NCBI GenBank assembly: GCA_001179505.1
Contig: CDMY01000659.1
Coordinates: forward strand, 1-35,505
Direction: 5' to 3'
DNA from: Vitrella brassicaformis CCMP3155
Taxonomy: Eukaryota > Protista > Chromerida
DNA: 35,505 nt
The notes under the pieces: generated by a model
The model's input: only the letters and a program-made list of their open reading frames with translations
What the model was told of the DNA's origin: nothing
The model's database searches: none
Position numbers and translations under genes: made by a program
Part shown: positions 33,501 through 35,505 of the stretch, in pieces
Layout: each line of letters opens with the position of its first letter
Position numbering within the stretch: position 1 is the first letter of the stretch

Positions 33501-35255
33501 TGATTGATGCGTGTACCGATGGCATATGGTTCAGAGTCAGCTTGGAGAGCACAGCGAGGACATCGTCTCTACGCTTCGCGCCAGAACTGCCCGCGAGAGG
33601 ACACCATACGTGACACCCCTGTGAATGTCGTCACTGTACCTTTGTGCAAGGTATGTCAAGCCAAATATAAAAGCAAAGGACACAGAAACCAGTGCAGCAG
33701 CAGCGAGAATATTCACGCCCAGCGACGCACACTGGAGGCATGGCTGCAGTGGTCCCTGACTCGCGTAGCCATCCTCACAAAGACCACATACAAACGCCGT
33801 GATGACCCTCCTACACACATACACGCACACACACACCGAGAGAGAGAGACAGGGACGAAAAGAAGCAGAGGCAGGTAGCTGTGAGGCAGCCGGCGATCTT
33901 TCTGAATGCGACTTACCGCGCATTTGGTGAGTCCGGTGTCGTCATCTGTGCTCAGGCAAGCCTTTTTAAAGGGGCAAGAAATAAGTACGGGCAGCTCTGT
34001 GCGTCCAACAGCATACCTGCGCATGGAATGACAGCAAGCGTGACAACAAGCGTTGCATCTCTTTATCCCCCTTGCGTTGTTTCGGTATCCTTGGTGTCTC
34101 CGAGCAGGTAGAATCCCTACTGTGTGCGCACCATAGAGCGATTCATTATTGGTGAGTCGCAATCGATGCCCTCAGCACACTTCTCGCATTTGAGCTTGTT
34201 GCTGTTTCTGCCAAAGAGAGATAGAGACAGATAACATGCTTTGCGCATTTCCTGCCATCCTGTCGACTTACTTGATCAAGCCCTCCATGCAGTAGCAAGC
34301 GTTCCTTCCTGAGCTGCCTTCGGTCGAGTTGAGATATGCTCCACACCCACACTCTTTGCAAATTGCCTTTCCCGACTCTGAGTCTATGACGCCATACTGG
34401 CCTGCAAATGACACAACGCGTCATGCTTAATGTCTCTTTCGAGTGCCTTTCTTTCATTGCATTCATGAGAGCGGTGCAGAATCTGCCAACCTGCACGGCA
34501 CGGCTGACACCATCCATCCTCGTTCAAGAAAGAACCCTTTAGACAATTCCGCTGACATATGCTGGCGGTGTCATGAAAAAAGCCATCAATGCACGTACAT
34601 GTACTGGCACCGGCTGAGGAGTCTAAAGGCAAAACAGAGAGAGAACAGATGGAACAGATGGTGTGACAGCTCCCTTTAGGTTCTCTTATTCGCTATCTCT
34701 CACCGGATCCAACGAGGCAGGGATGGCATTGAGAGGTGCCGACAATGTGATTGAAAAGTGATCCTGCCTCGCACTTGGTGCAGTTTTGCCCTTCACCAGC
34801 ATGACCAAGGATGCATCGACAAAGAGCCGAGATGTTTACTGAAACGTCTACCTTCACACGACAATGTTAATAAGATATCCAAGTGAGTAAGAGTGTATTA
34901 TATACTCACTCACCCGTGTATCGTACGTTGTATTATTTAGCGTACGGCACAAATTTGTACACTGAAATCCTCCTTCAGCTGTCACACAGAGATTTTATAT
35001 GAACCTCGCTGTTCTGTGCATAACGGTGTATGGAATATGCCTGCTTACGGTCTGGACGATCCCAGTGCGGGTCACGGACAAGCAGAGGGGCACCCCACAA
35101 TTGAGAACGCAAAGTATCATTACTGAGTAATTCATAACATCCCTGGAACAAACACAGGACAATTCATTTATTGACGGCGGCCAACACAATACTCGCCTTA
35201 CCGTGATTCTAATCGTATTAACATATAGCTTCAAAACAGGATTGAAGGGGGGAAA
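30520..35255 (-). pseudogene. Multi-exon gene for a Cys-repeat (GCC2/GCC3, ephrin-receptor-like) plus multi-pass membrane protein with CRMP-like architecture; two apparent lesions
   Basis: Spliced exons give CRCILGHAGEGQNCTKCEAG..CHPCLVGS, CTCIDGFF..CQPCRAGQY, CEKCAEGIDC, CPFKKAC and CGLCEDGY..CLQC. Hydrophobic helices follow, then LLRC..LRPD..C and RLRFGFLYQGYRHKYAYWDAVFALRR. There is an in-frame TAG at 34117-34119 and a +1 frameshift near 33795. The 3' end is approximate. Confidence 0.75.
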
Positions 35256-35259
35256 CTGT

Positions 35260-35505
35260 CATTAACCGTAACACTCGTCTGTGTGTCCGTGATACTCATA
35301 CAAATACAGTCCCATCAGCATGCAGACTCAAACAGGCTCAAGGGGAGGAGGGATCAATCCCCGCCCCATCAGCACACCCCAGTCCCGCAAACCCTCCCCT
35401 CCCTCCCCCACGCAGACAGAAGCTAGTCGCACGCGCGAGGGCGATAGACAAGCGAGAGCGAATCCATCCAGACACATGACTGAACCCCCAACCCTTCCAC
35501 CCCTC
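35260..35505 (-). mobile_element. 3' end of a second copy of the CRE family seen at 14258, continuing beyond the window
   Basis: cattaaccg(t/c)aacactcgt..atccatccagacacatgactgaa matches 14258-14500 closely. Confidence 0.92.

Overview
This is a GC-rich, intron-rich eukaryotic scaffold with two 300-N gaps. The splice signals, (GT)n tracts and gene style suggest a chromerid-like alveolate such as Vitrella, which is an inference only. About two-thirds of the window is nested, decayed mobile DNA: four pieces of CRE-type (restriction-like endonuclease) non-LTR retrotransposons from three families, two Ty1/copia remnants, three copies of a ~1.5-1.8 kb unit that looks like a decayed spliced gene, a chromodomain-like ORF, and a 1.5 kb head-to-head array of a 60-bp unit with perfect 20-bp inverted termini. 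The right third holds genes that the ORF track does not show because they are spliced. The first is a duplicated 7-exon gene for a small secreted protein whose 8-Cys C-terminal domain is far more diverged between copies than its introns and 3' flank; this is the most interesting signal here. The second is a Cys-repeat plus multi-TM membrane protein gene (CRMP-like architecture) with micro-exons and two apparent lesions. I found no tRNA, rRNA or CRISPR. All exon models were read by eye.
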